Source: an uncultured Gemmatimonadota bacterium
GTDB taxonomy: Bacteria > GCA-2686955
Reading direction: 5' to 3'
Assembly (NCBI GenBank): GCA_964520315.1
Contig: CAZFNT010000001.1
Span: 1 to 31,595 of the forward strand
DNA length: 31,595 bases
The translations under genes were made by a program, and so were the position numbers. How positions within the stretch are numbered: the stretch's first letter is position 1; each line of letters opens with the position of its first letter. Below are positions 1 to 8,506 of this stretch, piece by piece. The notes below the pieces were generated by a model. That model worked only from the letters and a program-made list of their open reading frames with translations, was not told where the DNA came from and did no database searches.

Positions 1-32
1 GTCAGGGCCTCGAGGACGAAGAGTACTCTCAC
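1..32 (-). CDS. 5' end of a probable glycosyltransferase (GT4-like N-terminus), running off the window edge
   Basis: A GTG at 32-30 overlaps the TGA of the deacetylase (GTGA coupling) and reads MRVLFVLEAL, which resembles the first beta-strand of GT-B glycosyltransferases. Only 10 codons are visible. Confidence 0.35.
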   Translation of the reverse strand, partial: MRVLFVLEAL

Positions 33-1411
33 CGTGGCCGGTCGCGTGGCGGCGACACACGCATGACGAGATCACGAATGCGATTCGCGACAAACGCCGG
101 AAGGTAGTAGAGATAGTTGCCACGAAAGAGCGCCAGATTCGCTCGCAAGAGCCACAGATCACCCCTTCTCCAAGGTCGACCGAGCATCGCCTCTCCGGCC
201 GGGATGCGGCTGAATCCGCGAGCGTCGTCCCCCGGTTCATTCTGGTGGATGCCGCTCGTGGTCGCCTCGTACCCCGCCTCGCCGATGGCGATCGCCTCGA
301 TCTTCTCGTTGAATCGGTCGTATGGCCACGCGAGGAAACGCACCTGTCGGCCGATCCCACGCGAGAGGCGCACGCGGCTTCCAACGAGCTCTTCGCGTAC
401 CCGTTCCCGCCACTCGTCGTCGGTCTCGAATCGCCCCGTCGCCCCATCATGCTCGAAGCGGTACTCCTCTACTACCTTCTCCAGCTCTTCCCGCCAGCCG
501 ATTCGCCGGAAGAAGGGCTTCCCGCCACCTTCCCGCACCCTGGCCATCAAGCGCTCTTCTATCTCTCCATCAGGCTTGAAGCAGGGTCCTTCGAGTGCGG
601 AACCGCTCTCGTAGATCGGCCTGCCATAACCGATCTCCTCCGGACGCCGTCGAAACCAGCGCGGCTTCTCTTTGGGAAAAAGGCGCCATGCGAGCCAAGG
701 AGATCGCAACCCAGGTCTATGGAAGTCAACCACTCGATCGGCGCGTGGAAGCAGATCGTGCGAGGCAGCATGGGATTCGATCTCGACGAGCCCCGACTCG
801 ACCATCTCTCGGATTTCAGGCCAACCCAAGTAGGCTCCGTGGCTCTGATCATCGGCGCTAGGCCGCTTGCGAAGAGTGCGTGTGTCTTCCACGAAATCGG
901 CGGCGACGAAAATGGTCGCTTTGGCGTTGTAGCGACGGAGCAGAGGGAAAGCGTGAAAGTAGTTGTCTAGATAACCGTCGTCGAAAGTGATGACGAGCGG
1001 TCTTCCGTGCAGTTGCTCCTCGCCCGTGAGATGCCCGCGCAGCTCAGACAGAGTGTGGGTCGTGTACCCCTCTTCTTGGAAGAGCTGCAGATGAGCGGAG
1101 AAGATCTCCGGGCGGACCGATAGACCGGGAGCCGGCACGAGGTCGAACTCGGGCGCCACGCTGTGGTACATCAAGACCGGGACCTTCACGGCGTCGGTCT
1201 GCACCATGACCGCACGGGTAACCCGATCGAGCAAGAGCGTTGCGAATGCACCGAGGCCGAGCGCGATCCACCAAGAGATGTCTCCCATCCACGCGCCCAC
1301 CAGGCACGAGAGCACGAAGAGCGCCCACACCGTTCCGATGCCTGAGTACTGCAACCACTTGAGCTGCCGCATGTGCTGGCGGCTGGGCCGGGGGGATCTC
1401 TGAGGCGTCAC
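29..1411 (-). CDS. Polysaccharide deacetylase (NodB/CE4 family) with N-terminal membrane segments
   Basis: Motifs VPVLMYH, VITFDDGY, ESHAASH and LAWPY are present, with a hydrophobic N-terminus. The start is either GTG 1411 or ATG 1372. Confidence 0.85.
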   Translation of the reverse strand: MTPQRSPRPSRQHMRQLKWLQYSGIGTVWALFVLSCLVGAWMGDISWWIALGLGAFATLLLDRVTRAVMVQTDAVKVPVLMYHSVAPEFDLVPAPGLSVRPEIFSAHLQLFQEEGYTTHTLSELRGHLTGEEQLHGRPLVITFDDGYLDNYFHAFPLLRRYNAKATIFVAADFVEDTRTLRKRPSADDQSHGAYLGWPEIREMVESGLVEIESHAASHDLLPRADRVVDFHRPGLRSPWLAWRLFPKEKPRWFRRRPEEIGYGRPIYESGSALEGPCFKPDGEIEERLMARVREGGGKPFFRRIGWREELEKVVEEYRFEHDGATGRFETDDEWRERVREELVGSRVRLSRGIGRQVRFLAWPYDRFNEKIEAIAIGEAGYEATTSGIHQNEPGDDARGFSRIPAGEAMLGRPWRRGDLWLLRANLALFRGNYLYYLPAFVANRIRDLVMRVSPPRDRPR

Positions 1412-1420
1412 CGGCTCGTT

Positions 1421-2131
1421 CTAGTACGCCGAGCGTCGCCGAAGGACGGCCGGAATCGTGGCGGCCACGATCCGGAGGTCGGTCCCGAGATCGCGGATAG
1501 CGATATAGCGCAGATCGTGTGCAACCCTCGCGTCGAATCCCTCCTCGCGATCAGGGGCGACCTGCCATGCCCCGGTGACCCCGGGCGGAACTCGTAGCCG
1601 CGCCCGCTGCCACGGCGCGTAGCTGCTGGCGGGGAATGAAGTGGGTCGCGGGCCGACGACCTTCATGTCGCCCCTGAGCACATTGACGAAGTTCGGAAGC
1701 TCATCGATGGCGAAGCGCCGGAGAACCCCTCCGACGCGAGTGATGCGCGGATCGCCCGGCACCTTGAAATCGGGCCAGGCCACAAGGCTCAGATGCGCGA
1801 GCGCCGTCTTCGCGCTCTCCGCCTCAGGGACCATCGTTCTGAACTTCCACATCTTGAAACGCCGACCACCCAGGCCGGTTCTCCACTGCCGGAAGATGAT
1901 CGGTGCACTCGGGGTCTCGATCTTGATCGCTACCGCGATGGCCAACAGAAGAGGCGCGCAAGCGATCAGGACCGCCGCGGCGAAGATTCGGTTCGGCCAC
2001 AGCGATCGGCCGTCCAGGCGATGGGACGGAGAATTCCACCCGCGCGCGACCGACACCACCCGCGGACCGTCGCCGATCTCTTCGGTGAGGGGATGTCGAG
2101 TCTCGTCCGAGCGCAGAACCGAGAATTGCAT
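1421..2131 (-). CDS. Bacterial sugar transferase (polyprenyl-phosphate sugar phosphotransferase, WcaJ/WbaP C-terminal-domain type)
   Basis: Motifs FKMWKFRTM, DPRITRVG, IDELPNFVNVLRGDM.VVGPRP and PGVTGAWQV. The ATG at 2131 is preceded by AGGA. Confidence 0.9.
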   Translation of the reverse strand: MQFSVLRSDETRHPLTEEIGDGPRVVSVARGWNSPSHRLDGRSLWPNRIFAAAVLIACAPLLLAIAVAIKIETPSAPIIFRQWRTGLGGRRFKMWKFRTMVPEAESAKTALAHLSLVAWPDFKVPGDPRITRVGGVLRRFAIDELPNFVNVLRGDMKVVGPRPTSFPASSYAPWQRARLRVPPGVTGAWQVAPDREEGFDARVAHDLRYIAIRDLGTDLRIVAATIPAVLRRRSAY

Positions 2132-2155
2132 GCCCAATCCTAACGATGTCCGAGG

Positions 2156-3241
2156 CTATCCGCACCTCCGCTCGAACTCTCGCATGAAAGCGACCAACGC
2201 CTCGACCCCTGAGCGCGGCATCGCATTGTAGATCGACGCCCGAATTCCGCCCACCGATCGATGGCCCTTGAGGTTGGTCATGCCCTCGGCGGATGATTCG
2301 GCGATGAAGCGCCCCTCCAGCTCTTCGGTCGGCAGACGGAAGGGGATGTTCATCAGCGAGCGGCTCCCTTTCTCCACGGTTCCCCTGTAGAAAGCCCCCC
2401 GGTCGAGGATGTCGTAGACGAGGCGGGCCTTCTCTTCGTTGGCCCGGTGCATCGGCTCCAGTCCGCCCTGACTCGCCACCCAGCGGGCAACGAGGCCCAC
2501 TATGTAGATCGCCCAGCAGGCCGGAGTGTTGTAGAGCGACCTCTTCTCCGCATGGGTGCTGTACCGCAACATCGACCCGATCTCTTTTGGGGCTCTGTCC
2601 AGCAGGTCCTTCCTTATGATCACCAGCGACACTCCCGCCGGGCCCAAGTTCTTCTGCGCCCCGGCGTAGATCAATCCGAATCGGGTCATATCGATCGGTT
2701 TCGACAAGATGTCCGATGACACGTCGGCTACCAGCGGAACCGAGCCGGTTTCCGGGATGTAGCTCCACCCGGTCCCATAAATAGTGTTGTTGGTCGTGAT
2801 GTGGACGTAGTCTGCCGATGCGTCGAAATCGAGCTCGTCTTGGCGAGGGATCCTGACGTAGTCTTCCTCCCTGGAGGTGCCCGAGACACGAATTTCTCCA
2901 ATCTTGCGGGCTTCCGCGATCGCCTTCGTCGACCAAGCGCCGGTATCGACATAGTCGGCCCTGCGCGCTGGGAGCATCAGATTCATCGGCACCATCGAGA
3001 ACTGGAGGCTAGCGCCCCCCTGCAGGAAAAGAACGTCGTGATCGTCTCCCGCTCCCAGCAGCCGCCGAAGTGTTGCGACGGTTCCCCTGTGAATCTCGTC
3101 GTAGGCCGGTGAACGATGGCTCATTTCCATCACACTCATTCCCGTTCCTCGGTAGTCAACGAGATCTCGCTGGGCCTCCTCGAGAACGGGGAGTGGCAAG
3201 GTTGCCGGGCCGGCGCTGAAATTGATGGCTCGTTTTGTCAT
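2156..3241 (-). CDS. serC: Phosphoserine aminotransferase
   Basis: Motifs NFSAGPA, MEMSHRS, QGGASLQF, GAQKNLGPAG (PLP lysine), YNTP and GHRSVGGIRASIYNAM. The ATG at 3241 has a GGAG RBS. Confidence 0.95.
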   Translation of the reverse strand: MTKRAINFSAGPATLPLPVLEEAQRDLVDYRGTGMSVMEMSHRSPAYDEIHRGTVATLRRLLGAGDDHDVLFLQGGASLQFSMVPMNLMLPARRADYVDTGAWSTKAIAEARKIGEIRVSGTSREEDYVRIPRQDELDFDASADYVHITTNNTIYGTGWSYIPETGSVPLVADVSSDILSKPIDMTRFGLIYAGAQKNLGPAGVSLVIIRKDLLDRAPKEIGSMLRYSTHAEKRSLYNTPACWAIYIVGLVARWVASQGGLEPMHRANEEKARLVYDILDRGAFYRGTVEKGSRSLMNIPFRLPTEELEGRFIAESSAEGMTNLKGHRSVGGIRASIYNAMPRSGVEALVAFMREFERRCG

Positions 3242-3260
3242 TGCTTGCTTCTCCAGTCGC

Positions 3261-4469
3261 TCAGTGGTCGAGCGTGTTGACATCGGCCGCGAGCACATGC
3301 TCATTCGCACCGATCTCACTCAAGGTCTCGGCTCCGGGGTCCCGATCGAGCTCGATACGCGCGACCGCCGACTCGCCCCCCAAGAAGACGACGTTTTCCA
3401 TCTGCTGAACATTGATCCGTGCGGCGCGGAGGCGATCTAGCACACCGGCCAGAACGCCGACTCGATCGCGATGACGAACCACGATCAAGTGTGAAGCCGC
3501 GCTATGGCTCGCCAGGTTCACGCAGTTGGGAACGTCGCTATCTTCCATCATGGCCCGCACGATCCGCACCGCCTCGGCGGCGACAGCGTCCTGGGCCTGA
3601 GTCGTGGACGCCCCAATGTGGTGGCTCCCCTGCACGCCGGAGAGACGAAAGAGAGAAGAGTCGATCGCGCCGGACTTGGCGGACGGCTCTCCCTCGAAGA
3701 CGTCGAGCGCGACTCGCAGGCGCCCCGACCGAAGATGACCTTCCAGCGCGCGCTGATCCAGAAGCTCGGCGCGCGCCGTGTTGATGACGAGGGCTCCTGG
3801 TGAGAGCGCGCCCAGAATCCTCTCATCGATCAGGCCGCGCGTCTCGTCGTTCAGTGCGAGATGGATGCTCATTACGTCGCAGCGCCTGGCGACCTCTTCG
3901 GGCGAATCCGCCCGCTCCACCCCGCACTTCTCAGCTCTCTCCGGCGTCAGGGACCGACTCCAGGCCACGACCTTCATTCCGAAAGCTTTGGCGCGAGGGA
4001 TCATCTCGCTGCCGATATTGCCGAGTCCGACAAGGCCGAGGGTCTTGCCTTTGATCCCCGCGGCCTTCGCGAACTCCTTCTTGTTCCAGCGCCCTTCGCG
4101 GAGCTCTAGCGCACCATCGACCAATCGCCGATCGATCGACAGCAGGTGTGCGAAGGCGAGCTCGGCGACCGCGGCCGCGTTTTTCCCGGGGCAGTTCGCC
4201 ACGTAGATCCCTCGGGCGGAGGCAGCGGCGACATCGATGGTGTTGAATCCCGCGCCCGCGCGGACGATCAGACTGAGCTTCGACGCTCCGTCCAAATGAG
4301 CCTCCTCCACGCGCGTGCTGCGCACGATGAGCACGTCGGGGTCCTCGCCCGCCAACGCTTCCTTCAGAGGATCACCGCTGAGCTCCGGATCGCAGGTTAC
4401 GTCGCAGCCGAGCGAGCGTAGCGCCTCGAGTCCGGTCTCGGGAAACTTGTCCGCCAAAAGGATCCTCAT
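3261..4469 (-). CDS. serA: D-3-phosphoglycerate dehydrogenase with C-terminal ACT domain
   Basis: Motifs VRSTRV, RAGAG.NTID, GLVGLGNIG, INTAR, ALDVF and HIGAST, followed by an ACT-like tail (HRDRVGVLAGV). It lies adjacent to serC. Confidence 0.9.
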   Translation of the reverse strand: MRILLADKFPETGLEALRSLGCDVTCDPELSGDPLKEALAGEDPDVLIVRSTRVEEAHLDGASKLSLIVRAGAGFNTIDVAAASARGIYVANCPGKNAAAVAELAFAHLLSIDRRLVDGALELREGRWNKKEFAKAAGIKGKTLGLVGLGNIGSEMIPRAKAFGMKVVAWSRSLTPERAEKCGVERADSPEEVARRCDVMSIHLALNDETRGLIDERILGALSPGALVINTARAELLDQRALEGHLRSGRLRVALDVFEGEPSAKSGAIDSSLFRLSGVQGSHHIGASTTQAQDAVAAEAVRIVRAMMEDSDVPNCVNLASHSAASHLIVVRHRDRVGVLAGVLDRLRAARINVQQMENVVFLGGESAVARIELDRDPGAETLSEIGANEHVLAADVNTLDH

Positions 4470-4508
4470 GTTCGTCCTTCCAGGCCGTCGCGGCCGGGGG
4501 GTTGCATC

Positions 4509-5726
4509 TCAGAAAGGGTGGACGATCAAGCCCGATCGGAGCTTGGGCTCGAACCAAGTCGATTTCGGGGGAAGGACCCTGCCCGCGTCGGCGACCGCCA
4601 TCAGTTGTTCAACGCTGAGGGGATGGAGCGAGAATGCTATCCCCGACCCACGACGGTCCACTCTTCTTTGAAGCTCGGTCGTGCCTCTGATCCCTCCCAC
4701 GAAGTCGATCCGGTCTGATGTTCGAGGGTCGCAGATGTCGAGTAGCGGTCCCAACACGGTGGATTGAAGGATCGCGGCATCGAGTGAGTCCACCGCATCG
4801 GGGTCCATCAACGCGGACTCCGGTGCCCGCAGACCGTACCAACGACCCTCCAAATAGACGGAGAAGCACCCCCGGCGGGGCGGGATGGGTTCGGCGCCTT
4901 CAGCGATCTCGAACACAGCCGCGATCTTCGTTAGGAGTTCGCCGGGAGTGTGCTTGGCCAGATCGTGGACGACGCGATTGTAGGCCAGGATTCGGAGCTG
5001 TTCGGCCGGGAAGAGAACGGCGAGGAATCGGTCGCACTCGCGATCGCTCCCATCCGCACTGTCGACCCCGCGAAGGCGACTCGCGGAGGCCGCCCGATGG
5101 TGGCCGTCGGCGACATAGAGGGAGGGAACCAGATCGAATGCCCGCTCGAAAGGCTCGGCATCGACGACGCGCCAGACCGTGTGGCCGATGCGGTCGGGTG
5201 CCACGAAGTCATAGATCGGCTCGGTGGACTCGATCACATCTTTCACCAGGCGATCGATAGCATGCTCACCGCGGTATGTGAGGAATACCGGCCCGGCGTG
5301 CGCGCTCAGAGAGAGCAGGTGCCGAGTGCGATCGTTCTCTTTCTCCGGCCGTGTCGTCTCATGTTTCTTGATCGTGTTGTTGTCGTACTCGTCGACCGAG
5401 CAACAGCCGACGACTCCGACTTGGCTGTGCGAGCCCATCTCCTGACGATAGACATAGAGTGCACGTTCCTCGTCTTGAACCAGTGCTCCCGCGGCGACCA
5501 GCCGATCCAGGCTCGTGCGCGCTTGCGCGTATACCGATTCGTCGTACGGATCCGTTCCCTCCGGGAGACATATCTCGGGGCGAACGACGTGAAGGAAGCT
5601 CAGCTCGTTGCCGGCGGCCAGGGCGCGGGCCTCCCCTGTATCGACGACATCGTACGGAACGCTCGCCACGGCGGCCGCGTGCTCGGGATCGGGGCGAAGG
5701 GCTGAGAGGGCGCGTAGCGTGGCCAT
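4509..5726 (-). CDS. DUF1015 family protein
   Basis: Motifs SVPYDVV, KKHE.TRPEKE.DR, YVADGHHRAASA and PPKSTWFEPKLRSGL. The ATG at 5726 has an AGGAG RBS, and this family is commonly found beside serA/serC. Confidence 0.9.
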   Translation of the reverse strand: MATLRALSALRPDPEHAAAVASVPYDVVDTGEARALAAGNELSFLHVVRPEICLPEGTDPYDESVYAQARTSLDRLVAAGALVQDEERALYVYRQEMGSHSQVGVVGCCSVDEYDNNTIKKHETTRPEKENDRTRHLLSLSAHAGPVFLTYRGEHAIDRLVKDVIESTEPIYDFVAPDRIGHTVWRVVDAEPFERAFDLVPSLYVADGHHRAASASRLRGVDSADGSDRECDRFLAVLFPAEQLRILAYNRVVHDLAKHTPGELLTKIAAVFEIAEGAEPIPPRRGCFSVYLEGRWYGLRAPESALMDPDAVDSLDAAILQSTVLGPLLDICDPRTSDRIDFVGGIRGTTELQRRVDRRGSGIAFSLHPLSVEQLMAVADAGRVLPPKSTWFEPKLRSGLIVHPF

Positions 5727-5813
5727 GAGTGAATACTCCTGTCGTCGCGACAAAGTGGGCTGGAGGATGGTCTTTGAGGATCGCATCTCCCAGTCGGACT
5801 CAAGTCGACCGTA

Positions 5814-5852
5814 CACAACAAAGGGCCCGCGAAGAAACAACTTCGCGAGCCC
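5814..5852 (-). terminator. Probable intrinsic terminator after the lipoprotein gene
   Basis: On the minus strand it reads GGGCTCGCGAAG-ttgttt-CTTCGCGGGCCC (12 bp stem with one G-U pair), followed by TTGTTGTGT, about 20 nt after the stop at 5874. Confidence 0.65.
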
Positions 5853-5873
5853 ATTGCTCCGAACTACTACGAA

Positions 5874-6683
5874 TTACGGCTCGACGTGGTAGGGCATCCC
5901 CCAAGCCGCCGCGGAGTACGGCGCCGTTTCGTCGGTGATCGCTTCGTGATCGAAGAGATCGACGTATGTGAAGTAGAGCCCTGCTTCGTCTGGCGCGTTG
6001 TAGACCTTTCGCACCTCGGTCGCGTTGATCGGATCGAGCAGTTTCTGTGAGAGCGGTTTCACGTCGGCGGTGAGCTGGTGGATCACGCCGATCACGTCGG
6101 AGTCGTTCGCCTGGACCGTGACCGTGATCTCCTCACCGGGTGCAAAGGTCAGGATCTCGACATCGTGGAGCTCCGCCAGATCGTCGAAGACAACCGTGTT
6201 CTCGCTCCAACTCACGGTCACTTGCACGATCTCGGTCTCCCCGTCTTCCGATCTGCCTTCGTAAACCGACACCTGATCCAAGTTCCATTTGCCGCCGGCA
6301 TTCTCTCTGGCCACGACATTGCGCGACGCGACGTCGTTCGGAATCCGCTTGCTGTAAGTCGATCCATCCTCGAGGACGACTTCGAGCTCTCCCGAAGCAC
6401 TCCGCAACACCTCGGCATCGGCGCGATCTCCCTCTCTTTGAATGGAGTAGTCGGTAGACACATCGTCGTAGCTTCGCCCGAACGACGCGATGCCCTCGGT
6501 GGAGATCGCCAGATCCGGGCTCTGGTCCGCATCCCAGCTCAGCGCTATGCCGGACGCCCCATCGTCGCTGATGGCGTCGCGGATCCGGTCGTCGATGGAG
6601 TCGCCCAGCAGGCCTTCTCCGCATCCTCCAAGAGTCAGGCCCGCAGCCAAGGTCGTGCTCAGTGCTCCGATAGCTCGTTTCAT
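5874..6683 (-). CDS. Hypothetical lipoprotein
   Basis: The ATG at 6683 has an AGAGGAAG RBS. The N-terminus MKRAIGALSTTLAAGLTLGGC has a basic start, hydrophobic core and lipobox Cys. The mature part is acidic and I do not recognise a family. Confidence 0.7.
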   Translation of the reverse strand: MKRAIGALSTTLAAGLTLGGCGEGLLGDSIDDRIRDAISDDGASGIALSWDADQSPDLAISTEGIASFGRSYDDVSTDYSIQREGDRADAEVLRSASGELEVVLEDGSTYSKRIPNDVASRNVVARENAGGKWNLDQVSVYEGRSEDGETEIVQVTVSWSENTVVFDDLAELHDVEILTFAPGEEITVTVQANDSDVIGVIHQLTADVKPLSQKLLDPINATEVRKVYNAPDEAGLYFTYVDLFDHEAITDETAPYSAAAWGMPYHVEP

Positions 6684-6983
6684 GTTCTTCCTCTTTTCGA
6701 TCATGCGGCTCGCGCAATCGTCGATCGCCGGCTGATTGGCGATGACGGGAACCGCGCATTGGTGTGATGCCGACATAGGCCGACCAAGGGCCCACGCAAT
6801 GCAGGGAGCGTGCCAACGCGGTACTCGTTGATACGCAACAGATAGAGGCCCGCATCCTTGCCCTTCTGCCCTTGCAGGGGGACGCCGGCGTCCACTTATT
6901 GGGTTCGCCCTCTCCCCGATCGACCGAGCACCGACTAAAGAAGGGGTTGACTTGCGGAGCGGCTCTGCTTAGCACGCGGATCA

Positions 6984-7010
6984 TTGATCGTAATCATTGA
7001 TCCTGATCAA
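6984..7010. promoter_or_regulatory. Two tandem FNR/Anr-type (TTGAT-N4-ATCAA) boxes
   Basis: TTGAT-cgta-ATCAT at 6984-6997 (one mismatch) and a perfect TTGAT-cctg-ATCAA at 6997-7010, 58 nt upstream of the oxidase subunit II start. Confidence 0.65.
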
Positions 7011-7067
7011 TCACCTCGGCTCGCCGGTGATCAGCAAATGGCTCGAAACGAGCCACCGGAAGGTCAG

Positions 7068-7555
7068 ATGCTCGACTTCTTGCCTGAGAACATCTCCAGC
7101 TTCGGCGGAGAGATCGATGGAGTGATCAGCTACATCTGGCGGATCATTCTCGCCTGGCTCGTCGCCACCGAGGCGGTCTTGGTCTATCTGTGGTCCGCTA
7201 TCGCCGGCGTGGGGGGAAGCGCGCGGCACGGCTTCCGGCGAATACGTGGCGAGCCAACGCGTGGGTGCTGGTTCCCGCCCTGCTTGTAACGATCTGTGAC
7301 ATCGGCATCGAGGCCCGGAGCGCTTCAGTCTGGGATGAAGTGAAGCTGGAGCTACCGGAACCCGATCTGCTCATACGGGTGACCGGCCGGCAGTTTGTCT
7401 GGACGCTCACCTATGCCGGCCCCGATGGCGAGCTCGATACGGGAGACGACATCGAGGCGATCACCGATCTTCACGTTCCGCGGGATCGTGTTGTTCGCTT
7501 TCAGCTCGAGTCCACCGACGGGCAGTACGAAATCGCTTGCGCGGAGCTCTGTGGT
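7068..7555 (+). pseudogene. coxB: Cytochrome c oxidase subunit II pseudogene (frameshifted, internally deleted, 3'-truncated)
   Basis: MLDFLPENISSFGGEID...LVYL shifts frame near 7190 into VRYRRR...VTGRQFVW..TY.GPDG..DT.DD...LHVP..RVVRFQLESTD. It then jumps directly to GQYEIACAELCG, so the VxHSF CuA segment and the downstream H/M ligands are missing. Confidence 0.85.
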
Positions 7556-7985
7556 GCACTTCGCCGGTACTTTCATCTTCTTCAATTTGACCTTCATTCC
7601 GCAATTCGCGCTGGGCATGATGGGGCACCATAGGCGGATCGCCAACCCCCAGACTTTCGAGTTTCTGCGGGACGGACAGGGCCTGCAAGTTCTCTCGACT
7701 ATAGGTGTCATCGGTTTGCTGGTTTCGCAGGTGCCATTCGTATACAACTTCTTTGTCAGCATGGCCCGAGGAAAGCCGGCCGGTAGGAATCCCTGGCAGG
7801 CGACAACGTTGGAATGGGCGACGGCATCTCCGCCGCCCCATGGAAACTTCGACGAACCGCAGATCGCCTACCGCGGCCCTTACGTCTACAGTCCCCCAGG
7901 CGATGGACCCGATTGGGTTCCGCAATTCGAGCCCCCCGTAGAAGCGCCGGAGTCCGGCGCCGCACCCTTCGAATCAGTGAGCTGA
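7554..7985 (+). pseudogene. coxA: 3' fragment of cytochrome c oxidase subunit I
   Basis: Reads VHFAGTFIFFNLTFIPQFALGMMGHHRRIA...GRNPWQATTLEWATASPPPHGNF, i.e. the last helices and C-tail only. It has no start codon of its own and none of the heme/CuB histidine motifs. Confidence 0.85.
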
Positions 7986-7988
7986 AAC

Positions 7989-8207
7989 GTGTCCACTCCA
8001 GCGATCATCGAGAGACCGGCCGTTGCCGCCACGGACTTGCCGAACTCGCGTTTGGCGATCTGGTGGTTCCTCGCTTCCGAAGTGGCCATCTTCGGGGGAC
8101 TCATCGTCACCTACGTGCTTGTGCGCATACACCATCCGGAATGGGGGGAGTACGCCTCGCACATGATCAATGCGGCGGGCGCGATAAACACGATGGTGTT
8201 GACATGA
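7989..8207 (+). pseudogene. coxC: 5' fragment of cytochrome c oxidase subunit III
   Basis: Reads RLAIWWFLASEVAIFGGLIVTY...AINTMVLT and stops after 72 codons at the junction with an unrelated fragment. Confidence 0.8.
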
Positions 8208-8506
8208 TCATCGTATCGGCGATTCCGGCCACGCCGGCTCTCGACATTCTCGCCCCCGATCTCAGCGGTACACATCGCGAAAACGTATTCGCGATGGAAT
8301 CGGTCCCTGCCCGCCTGATCCGCACTTTTCAGTCGATCGACAAACCGATAGTCGGAGCAGTTGATTCGGGACGCCTCTACGATCCGAGCGTGCTCATGCT
8401 TCAGCGCAACGGCATCCCCGTCTACCGAAAAATCGACCGTGCCAGTCGGGCATTGGCCGCTCTATGGTGGGTCCGCGGTTCGCGAGAATCGGGGCTGAAA
8501 AGCTGA
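8192..8506 (+). pseudogene. 3' fragment of an acyl-CoA ligase (ADP-forming, CoA-binding) family gene
   Basis: DGVDMIIVSAIPATPAL...DKPIVGAVDSGRLYDP...NGIPVYRKIDRASRAL resembles the C-terminal ligase subdomain (GIPVY/F...RA..AL). No 5' part is present. Confidence 0.55.

Noticed and set aside
6701-6895. Small minus-strand ORF with KGKDAGLYLLRI, reminiscent of a FlgD/CTD tail
   Set aside because: The resemblance is only a few residues, it overlaps the lipoprotein upstream region, and nothing else supports it.
6947-6975. Possible promoter TTGACT-17-TAGCAC for the cox operon
   Set aside because: The -10 element lacks the conserved final T, and the FNR-like boxes would fall downstream of it. Too weak to call.
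7068-7633. Programmed frameshifting or splicing to rebuild a functional oxidase from the fragments
   Set aside because: The missing segments, including essential metal ligands, are not present anywhere in the window, and there is no slippery site or intron structure at the junctions. Decay or mis-assembly is more parsimonious.
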